Shown: positions 1 through 12,895, counted from the first letter of the stretch. The stretch: DNA of 44,239 nucleotides from Octopus bimaculoides (GCF_001194135.2 NC_068982.1:36593298-36637536); one strand, 5' to 3'. Notes: generated from the letters alone by a model not told the origin. Translations and numbers: made by a program.

Positions 1-39
<39 letters not shown>
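1..39. repeat. (TA)n microsatellite
   Basis: Pure TA run at the window start. Confidence 0.97.
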
Positions 40-41
<2 letters not shown>

Positions 42-3000
42 AACTAGTAAATATTATTATGCAATGACTAATATTTTTCCTATAAAGACATGAGGAAGTT
101 TCTATGGTTGAATCTCTAAATAGTAGCCAAATGCCACAAACCACACAGACTGCATTAATAAAGGATAGTTTAGGTAGTGTAATCAAGGGTAATATTTAAA
201 AAGTGAAAGGTAAGATGTAATGGTCAAAGAGAACTGATTTCAGGCTTGTCAACAGTAGCAACAACAACAACAACTTCTGCTATTTATGTTTTACTGCCAT
301 CCATGAGTTAATGATGTTTTTCATTATATTTTATATCAATTATCTTCATCATAGTTTATTTCTCCTGACATATTCTGTACTTTTTGCTAGTATACAAAGA
401 AATGCTTATATTTCTTGCTGGTATGCAAAGAATCAGCAACTAACTATACTATTATGATGATATGTAAAGTATTCATTCTATCTTTCTACAAATTTCTACT
501 AACATTTTTCATGTTGTCACCATTAGATATAGTCTCACCTGTATTCTCCACAAAGTACAACCAGCAGCTGTAGTATTTTAAAAGTGTTTCTCTATTAGTT
601 TATGTTATTGTGGCAGCCTATGAACATAAATAAATGGCTTGCTTTCAGAGACTATATTGAACTTGGTATTTACTATATATTTTTTATTGCAAACTAAATC
701 AACATGGTATTAGATGAGTGAATAATTTATGAGTCAGGTTCTCATTTGACTAAACAGAAGAATAAAAGAAATATCACTTAGCAAAACTTCATCCTCTGGA
801 ATATAAGACTTTAAGCTGTAATATTGTCTTGATTTCTTCTATTATTGAAATTGGATACTATCAAATTACTTGTGTAACACAAACTTTCAAAACAATAAAA
901 TTTGTACTACTATCATACTAAGAAAGGGAAAACAGCTTTTTCAACAACTATTTTGAAACTATTGAAATATTCTTCTTTGAGATCTAATCATAATTAATAC
1001 TTCTTAAATTTGATCTTGTGCTCACTGCATTGTCAACCAACTCTAATTTCATTTCAAGTGAGATTTGTAATTTTAAGTTTATAATTGATGAAGCTTCAGT
1101 AAGAGTAAACGGTTTTGTTTCACTTAGTGGTAAAAATTCCCTTATACACTTGCTCTTTGAAACGGATGTTTCAAATTGCAAGTGTTGTTAAATACTTTAT
1201 TTGTAGTACCATGCCACTTAAATATAAGAGTTACACTTTTGTAGCAAGAGGCTACCTTATTATTCACACAGGAAATACATCAAATCATAGAGGAAGCTTT
1301 AACTCAGACATTCAACCTGCTAGAAATAATAGCCTAATCTTCAAATCACACCAGATCATCTTGGAAAAGAGAGGGACACATTTGACAATGTAGTTTAATA
1401 TATATATATATATATAATGATGTTATGGTTATGACTAAAATGCTTCTAGAATGAAAGTCTGCTTCAGCAGGGATGAGTTGCGACTAAACAACAGCTTCTA
1501 CATGAAATACATTAGACACTAGGTATGAATATCACCACATCAATGAGATGTGATGGTAATCATACTTTTCCCACTGATACATGCATTGTGAAACTGCAAT
1601 AACTAAAAATCAAAAGTGGATGGCAAATTGGCTTACTGTTATGGAATATTAAACAAAACTGTAAGGCAGTTAATCAAGTACTTTGCTATCTCACTGCTCT
1701 ATTCATGAAATATATTACAAATAACATGCATCGATATTTAATTATTTATTCATTTAATTCTTTGGACTGAAGTCTGTTGATACTTCTACATTAAATATTT
1801 TTGCAAACTACAAAAAGAATAATGGTATTATTCAATATTTCATTTAAAAAAAATGGAATTCAAATCTCAATAACAAAGGAAAATATAAGTATTCTAGAAA
1901 AAAACCCAGCTTTCTAATGCAAAAATGTAGGACTGAAAGATCAGCCTAGTTGTTTTATAATGTTAAATAGAAAATTATACTTATGGGAAAGATGGGTTGT
2001 TTTATTATTTAAGTTGAATATTTACTATAGCAGGATGACATAGGGGTCTATGTTATTTGTATTCCAATTCTTGTGTGGAACAGGTGTCTATCTTAAAATT
2101 AAAATATTTCTTCTCTGAATTCCTAGTTTATGAAAATAGTTGTTTTGTTAGAAACACATGTGCATACACATAGTGATATATATATATATATATATAGAAA
2201 CACACACATGATTTTAAACACAATTACATGGGATGGTAAATCATATAGAAAAAGAAGGTGTGAAAGTGAGATGTGTGTGAAAGCAAAAGACAAACGGGTT
2301 GACATTTGGTTCAGAGATAAAGAGCCTTGTTGTAAGAACAATTATCAAAATAGTTTATTTACATTTCATAATATTTGTGTTTCTGGATAAGTTTCCCACA
2401 CTGGATGCAATGTTTAATATCTCCTAAATAGTGACTATAAATATGGAGGAAACAAGTTAGATTATTACAATCATATAGTTGTACCACTTTAATACAAAGA
2501 CCATGATTTTAGCTGATGGTGACAGCTAGTGATAAAAGATTACATACATGTCACTCACACTTGACATTCAGTAGTAACATAATGCATTGTTTAGCATCAG
2601 AAAGTCACATTAATATTTTTCAAATGCTTTAAAAGCACAGATTCTTATAAACCATGATGAAGTAATAATACAATATATAATGTATATCATGTTATGTTGC
2701 TGTAGTTGAGTAACCTTGGTCAGTTCTGCTCCAGCAGACCTATGATGATAGATAGTTAATCAAATGTTTGAGGAAAACCCAAAATGTTTTCTAACCTGGA
2801 TATGCTGAATTTCAATCTATTATGAAACCATGTTGTGCTTATTGCTATTTAATGTTTAGCCATGTGGAGTGAAGTGCATAGGAGTCAAAATATATTATGT
2901 TCGTTCTCTTTGTAAATTTGCCCTTGAACAACTGAAAAGTGTAACAGAGATATCAATAATGAACTTGGTTGTTTACTGTGGATTTACAGATGGTGGTTGG

Positions 3001-3099
3001 AAGCCCACCACCTAATATGATGTTAACGTACATATGAAGCAGTAATTACTTTGCTGTGCCTATGCATTTTGTGGCTGTTTGGATTAGATTAGAATAATG

Positions 3100-3800
3100 G
3101 TGTCTATAGACTTGTATTGTTATGATTTGAATATGTCTGGATGTTTGTGAGTAGACATGTACTTTCAAGGGCTTGCAATAGTTATTTTTGGACATGCCCT
3201 ACAGGCAGGATTGGCAGAACAAAGAGACCACTTCTATGAGATCCTTCTGCAAACTTCCTCAATGAAGATTGACAGAAACTTCATCATAATACCTGGCAAC
3301 TTCACTGGACATATTATTCATCGTGGATCATGGATTCTGTGACATACATGGTGGCTATGGGTATGGCTCAAGAAATGAGAAGGGTATAAGTCTTGTAGAG
3401 TTTTCTGATGCATCTGATCTAACAAATTGCAACACACACTTTAGGAAACCAGACAATTGCCTCATCACTTACCAATCTGGCAAATATGCAGGCCAGATAG
3501 ATTACATTCTCACCAAGAAGCAGGACAGAAGGGCTATTCTAAACACCTATGCACTATGCAACATATATTAGTAGTTAGTGACTTCTGAGTCAGAGCTTGG
3601 CAATAGAAGACAATATGGAGAAGAAAGAAATGGAAACTAAGAGTTCTTGGACTTGGGAATAGGTTAAGAGAAATCCTAATTGATGCATAAAGCAGTAGGG
3701 AGAAAGATTTAGATAACTGTAGCATAGATGACAACTGGAAATTTCTACAAAGAACAGTATTCAAGACAGTATTCAAGAGTAATACAATACCTCGCAAATA
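3100..3800 (+). mobile_element. RTE-clade LINE, degraded apurinic-like endonuclease fragment
   Basis: ORFs 3157-3342 and 3323-3571 give HALQAGLAEQRDHFYE..IIIPGNFTGHI and GYGYGSRNEKGISLVEF..TNCNTHFRK..ITYQSG..QIDYIL. These are the YAPQ, GDFNGH, GYG.RN..G and QIDYIL motifs of RTE endonucleases, with frameshifts and stops. Confidence 0.85.
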
Positions 3801-3816
3801 TCTCCTTTGAGTAAAA

Positions 3817-4034
3817 CCTATTTCGTTATTGCCCACAAGGGGCTAAACATAGAGGGAACAAACAAGAACAGACGAACGGATTAAGTCGATTACATCGACC
3901 CCAGTGCTTAACTGGTACTTAATTTATCGACCCCGAAAGGATGAAAGCAAAGTCGACCTCGGCGGAATTTGTACTCAGAACGTAACGGCAGACGAAATAC
4001 CGCTAAGCATTTCGCCTGGCGTGCTAACGATTCT
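3817..4034 (-). mobile_element. tRNA-derived SINE (family B), fairly young, slightly 5'-truncated
   Basis: Minus strand: AGAATCGTTAGCACGCC..., box-B-like GAGTACAAATTCC, and core GGGGTCGATAAATTAAGTACCAGTT..GGGGTCGAT. Homologous to the copies at 28846-29050 and 16095-16250. CpGs are retained. Confidence 0.85.
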
Positions 4035-4400
4035 AAACCACCAATAGAAGAGAATATGACCAAAGACTGCATCTACTCCATCCCATGCAGCTGTGGTAGG
4101 TCATACAAAGGCGAAACATGCCGACCCCTCAAAATAAGGGTAGAGGAACATCGCAATGCTGTGACATGAGGAGATATTGATAAATCAGGTATAGCTGATC
4201 ATGTATACAAAAATGGAGACCACCTCCCCCTGTGGGAGGAAGTTATAATGATAGACAGAGAACATCACTGGAAAATATGAAAACTAAAAGAAGCAGTACA
4301 TTTGCTAGAACACAACAACCTCCTAAGTAGACCGAGTGCAGATATGAGTATCATATGGGAACCGGTATTAAGGAAGGATAGGAAAATAATAGATTTATAA
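4035..4400 (+). mobile_element. Penelope-like element, GIY-YIG endonuclease C-terminus (pseudogenised)
   Basis: One frame reads KPPIEENMTKDCIYSIPCSCGRSYKGETCRPLKIRVEEHRNAVT*GDIDKSGIADHV..WEEVIMIDREHHWKI*KLKEAVHL..LLSRPS..IWEPVL. This is the GIY-YIG pattern IY.IPC..Y.GET.R.L..R..EH. Both internal stops are TGA, consistent with CGA>TGA decay. Confidence 0.9.
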
Positions 4401-4431
4401 GCCCTAAAATTCTCTCCATAATTGCCCACGA

Positions 4432-4500
4432 ACATATGGTGTAATGGTTAAGATCACGGGCTACTAACCCCAAGATTTTGAGTTCGACTTCAGGCAGTGA

Positions 4501-4505
<5 letters not shown>
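4432..4505 (+). promoter_or_regulatory. tRNA-like module with Pol III box A/box B in the Penelope 3' region
   Basis: Box-A-like TGGTGTAATGG at 4437-4447, anticodon-arm-like GGG-CTACTAA-CCC, box-B-like GTTCGACTTC at 4482-4491, then (AAT)n. Not a complete cloverleaf, so not called a tRNA gene. Confidence 0.6.
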
Positions 4506-4535
<30 letters not shown>

Positions 4536-4580
4536 TCGAAAAATACCTTAGGAACGAGAACCCAGGTTTGAAATTTCCCC

Positions 4581-4630
4581 AAGACACCTGATGAAAGCTG
4601 GAGGGTGTATCAGCTGAAACATGTTAACAA
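4581..4630 (+). ncRNA. Hammerhead-ribozyme-like motif (type I order, probably inactivated)
   Basis: CTGATGA (4588-4594), extra A, stem II AGCTG/CAGCT (4596-4600/4611-4615), GAAAC (4616-4620). Stem I strands GACAC and ATGTT pair at 4 of 5 positions, but the cleavage triplet appears to be missing. Confidence 0.55.
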
Positions 4631-4752
4631 CAAACAAGATGAGGACAAATATCTGTTAAATGTAAATAATGTAAATAATGTACATAATTCCTCATCTCTT
4701 AAATATAGAACTGCATGACAAACTTATTCTTCAGTTTATAAAATTAAAAATA

Positions 4753-5075
4753 TCGTATTTTCTGGCATATAAGGCACATATTTTTTTCAAAAGATTTCCC
4801 CACAAAAGTTCCATATGCTTTATATGCTGAAGGTCAGATGTGGGTAGACTTGGTTAGTGTTATCAATGATGGACAATACTGGTGACAGTGAAGGTCAGTG
4901 GTAATATTTGCTAGTATTAAAATAAGTATTACCAAAGGGTGTCACTCTAAATTTTCAAGGTTCCTATACACAAAAATGTGTGACATTCAGCTTGGGATTT
5001 GGGGTCAGCTGCAGTTTTTTCTCACAGACTAGGCCTGTCAAAATTGGGGTGTGCCTTATATGCCCAAAAATATGT
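4753..5075. mobile_element. MITE with ~24-bp TIRs (Tc1/pogo-like)
   Basis: CGTATTTTCTGGCATATAAGGCAC (4754-4777) matches the reverse complement of 5051-5074 at 21/24. TA lies at 4751-4752. No coding capacity. Confidence 0.7.
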
Positions 5076-5332
5076 CAAGGTCATATGCTATGAGTGAAGG
5101 TGAGTTCTGATGCTTCTTATTTTGCAAATTTTACTAACTATTTTTAGTAATGCAGATCACTCCTAGTTACTGTATTTATAGTCCTGAGATTACTAGTTCA
5201 AAGAAATATGGCCAAGCCACTTAGCATAAAAATCACAAATTGCAAAGTCAGAGGATCAACCAAGATTCTGAAAAATAAATTTTGTTTCATCTAGGTGAAT
5301 TATTTTGCCAAACTCATTGCTTTTGATGAAAC

Positions 5333-5522
5333 GTACGCGCACGCACGCACGCACACACACACACACACACACACACGTACACACACACACACATCCACAT
5401 AAACACATGCATGCACACACACTCACACACATACACACACACCAATGCACACATACATGCATGCACACATACACACTCACACACATACACACACACCTAT
5501 GCACACACTCATACACACACAC
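5333..5522. repeat. Compound (CA)n/(CATA)n microsatellite
   Basis: Imperfect CA runs; source of the V/C- and H/T-rich ORFs. Confidence 0.95.
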
Positions 5523-5819
5523 AATCATCATGCTGGCATGGGTTAAGCAGATCTTTTTGAGGCAGTGTTTTATGGCCAGATGTCCTGCCTGGTGCCAATC
5601 CCTTTAGTTGATAGTTATGACACACTAGGTCACTGTGTACATATTTTCAGGTGTACCTATTTTTGACATAGAAACACACATGATATATCTATGTGTGGAT
5701 TGGCCAAAATCTCCACCACCACATATACAGATGTATATTTTATATAAATATAACAGGAAATCTGTTTCTGCTCTACTCATCACCTTTTTACTTGTCTCCT
5801 ATCCCACTCAATGAAGGGG

Positions 5820-6065
5820 GATTTTTAGTCTTGCAAGTTACAATGACCACACTAGCACTGGAACCGACCACACTGGCACTGGAACCATGAAAAAAAGCAC
5901 CCAGTACATTCTGTAAGTGGTTGGCATTAGGAAGGGAACCCATCTGTAGGAACCAGGACAAAACAGAGATACTTGAGCAAGACATGTCCTCCAAACCATT
6001 GTCCCTGCCCCCACATTATACCAGTATGCAAAGTGAATGTAAAAATGATAATGATGACGATGAAG
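5820..6065 (+). mobile_element. Short repeat matching the RTE 3' UTR, with (GAT)n tail
   Basis: AAAGCACCCAGTACATTCTGTAAGTGGTTGGCATTAGGAAGG..ATGATAATGATGAC aligns by eye with 33920-34105 and with the reverse complement of 44020-44180. Confidence 0.65.
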
Positions 6066-6117
6066 CACACACATATATATTATACTATGGTAGAATAAAC
6101 TATTTGATGCATCATTA

Positions 6118-6312
6118 CTTGGTCACTTGATCTGATAGAAATAGCAACCAAATCTTTCTCAAATCACACCTTAATATCTTAAAAAAGGAATTAGACACAT
6201 TGGTCAATGTGGTTTTTGGTTTCCTACACATAGGAAAAAGCTAGAATGGCCACAACAGAATAGACATAGATCTGCTTGATTCAAATTGACCTGGGGCTAA
6301 ACAACTACAATA
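6118..6312 (+). mobile_element. Interspersed SINE-like repeat ending GACCTGGGGCTAAACAAC
   Basis: Similar degraded copies at ~95-275 (ends in a CAA run) and ~2700-2755 (minus strand). Confidence 0.45.
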
Positions 6313-8489
6313 CATATAACAGAATAATGTCATTAAATTATATAAAAAAAGTTTCTTTATACACTACAGTGATTCTATATTTACAATGACACTTCATGAT
6401 AATCTCATTCATCAAAAGACTACTTTGATATTCTATGAAACAAATTAATATAATTAATATAATGACATTAAGGAAGCTAATATAACAAGGAACAAACTGA
6501 TAAAGTCAAATACAAATAACTGGTTTTTAAATAAAACTTGTGAGAAAATAATGTTTTCTTCTTAGTTAATGTTTTGCTTGGGCAGTTGAGAAGTTAAAAT
6601 AATTTAATTTTAAGGTTACTGAATAATGAGGTTTAGTTTGGAGATGAACACAAATAAAGCAACTGTTTAGAGATGAATACAAACAAAAGAAATTCTGTTT
6701 AAACTATGCCAACACATAAAAGAATGTTATGATTGTGTAATCTCACATTAATCTCGAACACCAAACCTCTGATGAAGGTGTTCAAGTTGAGACCATTGCA
6801 TCTTTTTTTAGATGTATTTAAAGGTGATTTTTCAGCGTCTCCTGCTTTTTTTCTCTAAGACAGTAGTGTTTGATTTGAGGGAAATATGTTTGCTATTTTT
6901 TGCAGCTTGGTTGACCACATGGAGGCTTATTTGTTGACTCATTGTGTTGGTGTTAGAATACTTACAGTAGTGGCAATGATGATAACAACGGTAGTGGTAC
7001 AGTTGCATGTGGTGTTATGCTGATAGTGTCATTGATAATGATGGTGATGATGGCAACAACAGTGATACTGTACCTAGAATTGATAAAAGCTAGGAAAAGA
7101 AAACGTATAAATTTGTGTGTTAAAACATCAAGGAAGTAAGCTATATATTTGAAATATTATTAAAGGACAGAATATCTATAGCAATAAACAATAATGTTAC
7201 AAATATTAGAGGGAACCAGTGGAAATATTTAAATAGATATTTGTTTAAACAGTTTGTACATGCAGCATGAGGATAGAAGTTGATTGTAGTCATCAAAGGT
7301 ACAAGAATGTTGATATGGAAGAAGTTTCATTAATGATAGATCTTTGATGAAATATTTCGAATCATCAGAGTAATAAAAGGAAAAATCAATGAAAGTAAAG
7401 GCAAGAGTTCCATAAGGAAATATGGACAGAGTTCTCTGAAGAAGATACTGCATGAAAGAAGAAAGAAGAAAAAAAGGTGGCATTTGAATAATTCAAATTT
7501 CTTTACGGTATATCTTTATCTTTCTGATCCTATTCCTTTACAAAAGCTTCAGATGTTGTTTTAATGCTATTTAATCCCAAAATTAAACTTCTTATATATT
7601 GTGAGAGCAATAGTCAATGTGAAGTTACAAAATCCTTACCCTAAAAGTTCTTTGATCTGAAATATAGGAATTCCACTCTCTTATTATCAATGAGGAAATT
7701 TATGTTAAAGGGGAATAAATCTTCTTTTGCAAGAGCTGAATTCTATTCTGTTGGAAGCTAGAAATCTTATGAACAAGCATAAAAGACATTTTTAGTGAAA
7801 ATATTTTCCATTTCCAAACACGGTAAAATCAGTTTGAATATTTTAATCTCAGAATTCTGGACGATTAAAAGCAATGAAATATCAATTGACATTGTTTGAA
7901 TGTAAGATAACTAATTTCATTAGAAAAGAAGGAAATTGTGTATTAATATGAATTAACATATTTATTGACTTGAGCACTAAATGGTATTCTTTTCTGAAAG
8001 ACTCTTTGAATATTTTCCTATATCATCATTATCATGTCCTTCATATAAGTGATTTTATTTATGTACATTTATGATATGGGAAAATTTAAATATTCTATTA
8101 AGAATCATTAACTTTTATAAAAATTTATTAGAGAATCCTAGTAGAATTACTACATAAATTTATATTCTGAGCTACTTCTTTGTTGTAGCAGCTCAAAGCT
8201 AACATATATTTAACTTTCAAATTTAATAGCTATCATATGCCTTTCATTTTGATCATTGCAGTATTCTAGCAAGCCATTCTTTATAAATGTGCAAGTACAA
8301 ATGCTTTAAAATTAAAATAAAAGCATTCTGGCACCTACATATTTATATTTTTTAATTAGTTTTCCAAAAATTGCTTATGATACATAAGCTTTTCCGGATT
8401 ATCTCTAGCCAATGCTACTGTTAGATTAAATTTCCAGTTTCAGTTGTTTCCATCTAAATATGTATGTTTTTATCTGTTTGTTGTATGCT

Positions 8490-8850
8490 TCCAGCGAAAA
8501 AGAGTCAGACAATATGAGTTTAGTTCTATACCAGGGAAAAGTGCTAGATACTTTCTTCCTAGTGAGATAACTGCAGGAGAAGTGCTTAGTTAAAAGTAAG
8601 CTACTGTACCTAGCATTCCTTGATCTGGAGAAAGACTTCGATAGGGTCCCTCTCTCTCTGTGATCTGCTGGTCACTGACAAAGCCTAGGGTAGATGAATG
8701 TTGTGAAAGAGTCATAAAAGTCATGTACAGGGGTGTTGTCAATAGAGTGAGAGTTAACAATAAGTGCAGTGAACAATTTAATGGGCAGGTAGGAGTTCAT
8801 CAGATCTCTGCTTTCAGTCCCCTCTTATTCTTCATAGTCCTCCAGTTTCT
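8490..8850 (+). mobile_element. RTE-clade LINE reverse-transcriptase fragment
   Basis: LQEKCLVKSKLLYLAFLDLEKDFDRVPLSVICWSL..GVHQISAFSPLLFFIVLQ matches RT motifs F.DLEKAFDRVP and GVHQGS.LSPLLF. Confidence 0.85.
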
Positions 8851-8857
8851 ATCAACC

Positions 8858-8975
8858 AAATCCACAGGCAAGGCTTTGGTTAGCCCAGGGCTGTAATAGA
8901 AGACACTTGCTCAAGGTGCTATGCAATAGGACTGAACTTGGAACCTTGTGGTTGGGAAGCAGACTTCTTAACCTG
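8858..8975 (-). mobile_element. tRNA-derived SINE (family A) 5' part
   Basis: The reverse complement matches the heads of the copies at 13150 and 23918 (..TTGAGCAAGTGTCTTCTATTACAGCC..CCAAAGCCTTG). Confidence 0.75.
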
Positions 8976-9099
8976 TGCTTATTGGGACATGTTATCCTCC
9001 TCAACATCTATTGTGGTAGAGTCTCAATAATAACATCCATCATAGTTATTGATTCCACCACATTGGTGTGCTCAGTAACACAACAGTGGCTAATTTGTT

Positions 9100-9670
9100 T
9101 TCACTCATCAGCTCTGACATACCCCAAATTACAGCTATATTTGCTATATCTTCTACAGTCTTTCTATACTACATTAATGACTTACTTGAGATTCCGTCTG
9201 ACTACATACTTTTCAGTCCAATCTTCCCTCCTCCTTAATTATGTGCATATAAGCATCGTCTACACACAATCTGGAACATTTCAGATCAGGTCCGTGCTCC
9301 TTCTATGGCCAGAAACCATAACAAAATTATCTGATGAGGAGATAGGAACCTAATCTCCTCCAACATCACCATGACATTCAATTGCTTAACTCCTCAATTA
9401 TTATCAAGTAGCATTCTCTCTACTTGTGAACAAGATGCACATAAAACCCTCCAGGTTGCTACAAATGCTAAACTATAATCTCACAAAACAACCTTACACC
9501 TATAGCATTGCCATAGCAGCATCTGAATGACTAAGCTTCCTTGTCATAGCCAGAAAACACATCAGCTTTAACCAGTTACTGAGGCTCTACAAAGTTCAAG
9601 CAAGACTCACTGGGGTACTGATAACATCTATAGCCACATTAACTCATGTTCTAGACCAAATCTAAAACAG
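9100..9670 (+). mobile_element. CR1/L2-group LINE RT fragment, heavily decayed
   Basis: FLYYINDLL at 9161 matches the LFLLYINDL motif. LVIARKHISFNQLLRLYKVQAR at ~9540-9605 matches the LL.LYK..VRP motif. Confidence 0.65.
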
Positions 9671-9737
9671 AGCTATGAAATTTAGAGGTAAAGATTCAAT
9701 AATTAACAGGCTTCATGAACTAACTCAGATATATAGA

Positions 9738-9860
<123 letters not shown>

Positions 9861-11659
9861 CAATATCTGTTTTTCTGAACCAGTGACCCCTGGATACTTT
9901 CTCAACTCTCCTTTTCTGACATCCCAAAATACTTCATTAAACAATTTTCCCAATCATTCCCCTCGAAACTTTAGACCTCTGAAATTCTTCTCTTGATCAC
10001 GTTTTTCTTTTAAACATTGACCTTGCAGATATTTAAACTGAACATCAATCTAGGATGACCCACAAATGTCACTATTGTTGCACTTTCTATTATAACTACT
10101 GGAAGGAAAAAAAAAAAGCCAAGAGAAACTTGTCATGAAGTATGCAACTTTATAAAAGAGTTCCAATATGAGTGGGAGGAATCTATACACAAGTAGCTTT
10201 TCAATTTGATTTTAATACTGGTTACAATGAAGAGGTTTTTCTGATGTCAACAATAACTTTGTTTTCATTAAAATTCTCACAAGCAAGAGATCATTGTGGG
10301 TGTAGAAGTGTAGATCTGTGGGGCATCTTATTTTATGGAGCATGCACTGATGGCTGCTCTTTTATATAAATTTTAAAAAATTATTTTTCATAAAATCATA
10401 AAATTATTTTATGGAAAATAATTTGAAGTCGTGTATGAAGTGATAATTTATGATTGTCTTTATTACCTTAGAAATGTTAGATGTGAGAGCAATAATAACT
10501 GAGGTTAGATATGAAGGCAATGAACTATTATTTGGCTAGGTCAGGAAAAACTGTGTTTCTTGTGACTAGAATGTAGAAAATTACTATAATGAGAAAAGTT
10601 AAAGAATTACATAAAACATTTTCTCCTCAAGAGAAGTGTATTAGTGAGTAATTGCTTGTAATACAAAACAAGTTGACTTGTTAAATTTTAGCAAGTAAAG
10701 AATTCATTACATATGGCATCTATCAACACATGATGGTGAGGAGAGCAAATTAAGGAAAGGAAATTCAGGTGAGGATTTGTTACATGTATAAAAAGACAAG
10801 CTGGATGCAAGTTGGGCTGTAGATTCAACAGTTCTAGTTGCAGAGGTACTCCCAGAAGGAGAGAGAAGATGAAGAGTTTGACAGTTAAGTTGGAGGAAGG
10901 GGACTCCATTATACGTGAATCATGAATTTAGAGGAATACATTTCTCACAGTTGAAGAGCAGTGGTAGATAGGAAAATCCAATCAAAGTTAGAAGACATCT
11001 TCTTGGTAAATGACTGAAAGATTACATTGACCCCAGTGTTTTTGCCTCATTGATCTGTACTGTAGCAATACACACACATACATTTGCTATATGGATGATC
11101 TAATTGTATAAGTTATTTTTAATATATTATGTTAATGCATGAATGTCTCCCAAATACTGTTTAGGTTATTTCTACTCGGGTATTGTAGGCTGAATTTCTT
11201 GTGCATATTGCAACATAACCTCCAGTAAAAGAAGTTTGACTATTGTTTGTTTATAAGATTTGATGATGTCTATGAGGTAGAGAAATATAGCTAGGATTTT
11301 CTGGGTCACATTTTCATTATTTAAGATTAAGTCTAAATCATATTATATGCTTTTAATGTCTTTAAAAAAGAATACTGCATAAATCATATAAAAATATTAA
11401 TAAACAAAAAAAAATCTTTTATTACTTTATTCCATATTGTGCAGTTAACTTTGTGGGGAAAAAGCTGAAGAATGGATCTTTATAATTATCTTGAACATGA
11501 TCTCTGCCATCATCTTTACCGGTAGCAGACTCACTAGCAATAACAATAACAAACAATAACATCTTTTTTGTAGTCTTTTTTCTGCTTCTCCTCCTCTGTC
11601 TTCTAATATACTATTTATTTCTCTCTCTTCACTTCATATTTATATTCATATCTGTCAGT

Positions 11660-11845
11660 CTATCTACACACATACACCTATGAGCACACAAAACACACAC
11701 ACACGTACACTCACACATGCATGCACACACACACACACGCATGTACGCATGTATTTGTGCATGTATTTATACACACACATATATATATATATATGGAGAG
11801 AGGGAGAGAGCGAGAGCGAGAGCGAGAGAGAGAGAGAGAGAGAGG
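11660..11845. repeat. Compound (CA)n-(TA)n-(GA)n microsatellite
   Basis: Successive dinucleotide runs. Confidence 0.93.
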
Positions 11846-12437
11846 AAGGGAATAGTGAACATAATCACTCACAGATGTGCACCAGACGTGATTATCGGTA
11901 ACATTTTGACAGTTTCTATTTTTTTGTCACAAATCTCCAATTATTTATAATGGGGCCATTAGAAAAAAAAAAAACTCTACAGAATTTTAGATTGTAGGTG
12001 CATGTTAACTCATTTGTGATGCATTGGAAGTACCATGTATATACTATTAATGCTTCCATTTTAAAAGTGTAGGCATGGAAATCACTCAATTAATGGTTCT
12101 GTATTATAAAATAAAATAAAAATTACTGTGCTCACATATCATTGTCACTGTTGTTTTTTTTTTATTTATCATTCACTATATCTTGTCAGCATGCAAGAAT
12201 AGATGTCATTGTTGTTGTCATGCTTTTCCATGTTAACAATAAGCTATCTTCCAGTGTCACCATTTAATGTTATGCCATCAATGAAGCACAATGTTCTGAA
12301 GTCTGATCTGATAAACCATTGGCTTATAAGAGTCATAGTTTAAATTTCTTTTACAATTTTTTTATTGATTCTTCCATAAAAAAAATTATTTATTGGCTCT
12401 AGTAGAAACACTGCTCCATGGGTGGTTTCTGCTTGTA

Positions 12438-12895
12438 TGAGGTAGTATCAGAAGGTTCCTGGACTAGTTATGTATAATAAAAAATGAATTATTTATCTAA
12501 GTTTAAACATCTAAATGAGTCTTCTGTTTTCTGTAAGCGAGTCTGTAATTGAGTTTTCTGTGATTCACTCTGGATCTCAACAACAATGTTAAAACAGTGA
12601 ACTTTGAGCTGCATTTTCATCTTGGAGAAGAGATGGAAGTACACAGGTGCTAAATCTGGCGAATAGGGCAGTTGCGGAAGTGATACCATGTTCCTGTCCA
12701 TGACAAAATCGAAGACTACAGCATACACATGATCACAAAAACACAAATTTCACAACATGCAAAGTAAACACAGTGATGTCACTTTGTACACTGCCACATG
12801 AAGGTCACTGCTAGCTCTCACTGCACACACAACCATGTGCTGCTATCTGTTGGCATACTACAAAACTAATTCAAGAACTTTTTGATACCACCTTG
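12438..12895 (-). mobile_element. Internally deleted mariner element with both TIRs
   Basis: 32-bp TIRs match at 24/32 (all differences are transitions). TA lies on both sides (12436-37, 12896-97). ORF 12489-12746 has PYSPDLAPVYFHLFSKMK, the mariner YSPDLAPxD motif with the third Asp changed to Tyr. Confidence 0.85.

Noticed and set aside
539-567. Minus-strand 29-nt exon-like segment (CAG|GTGAGA)
   Set aside because: Weak pyrimidine tract, no partner exons, no recognisable peptide.
6769-6794. CTGATGAAGGTGTTCAAGTTGAGAC hammerhead-like string
   Set aside because: No convincing stem II and the GAAA is altered; could be a relic but unsupported.
7250-7570. CTCSMRIEVDCSHQ (LRR-N-cap-like) and a following Lys-rich open frame
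   Set aside because: Short, in different frames, weak splice sites, no LRR exons nearby.
10378-10424. 19-bp inverted repeat (18/19)
   Set aside because: Almost pure A/T low-complexity sequence; plausible by chance or slippage.
10640-11010. Purine-rich block possibly from a minus-strand LINE
   Set aside because: No diagnostic motif could be recovered.
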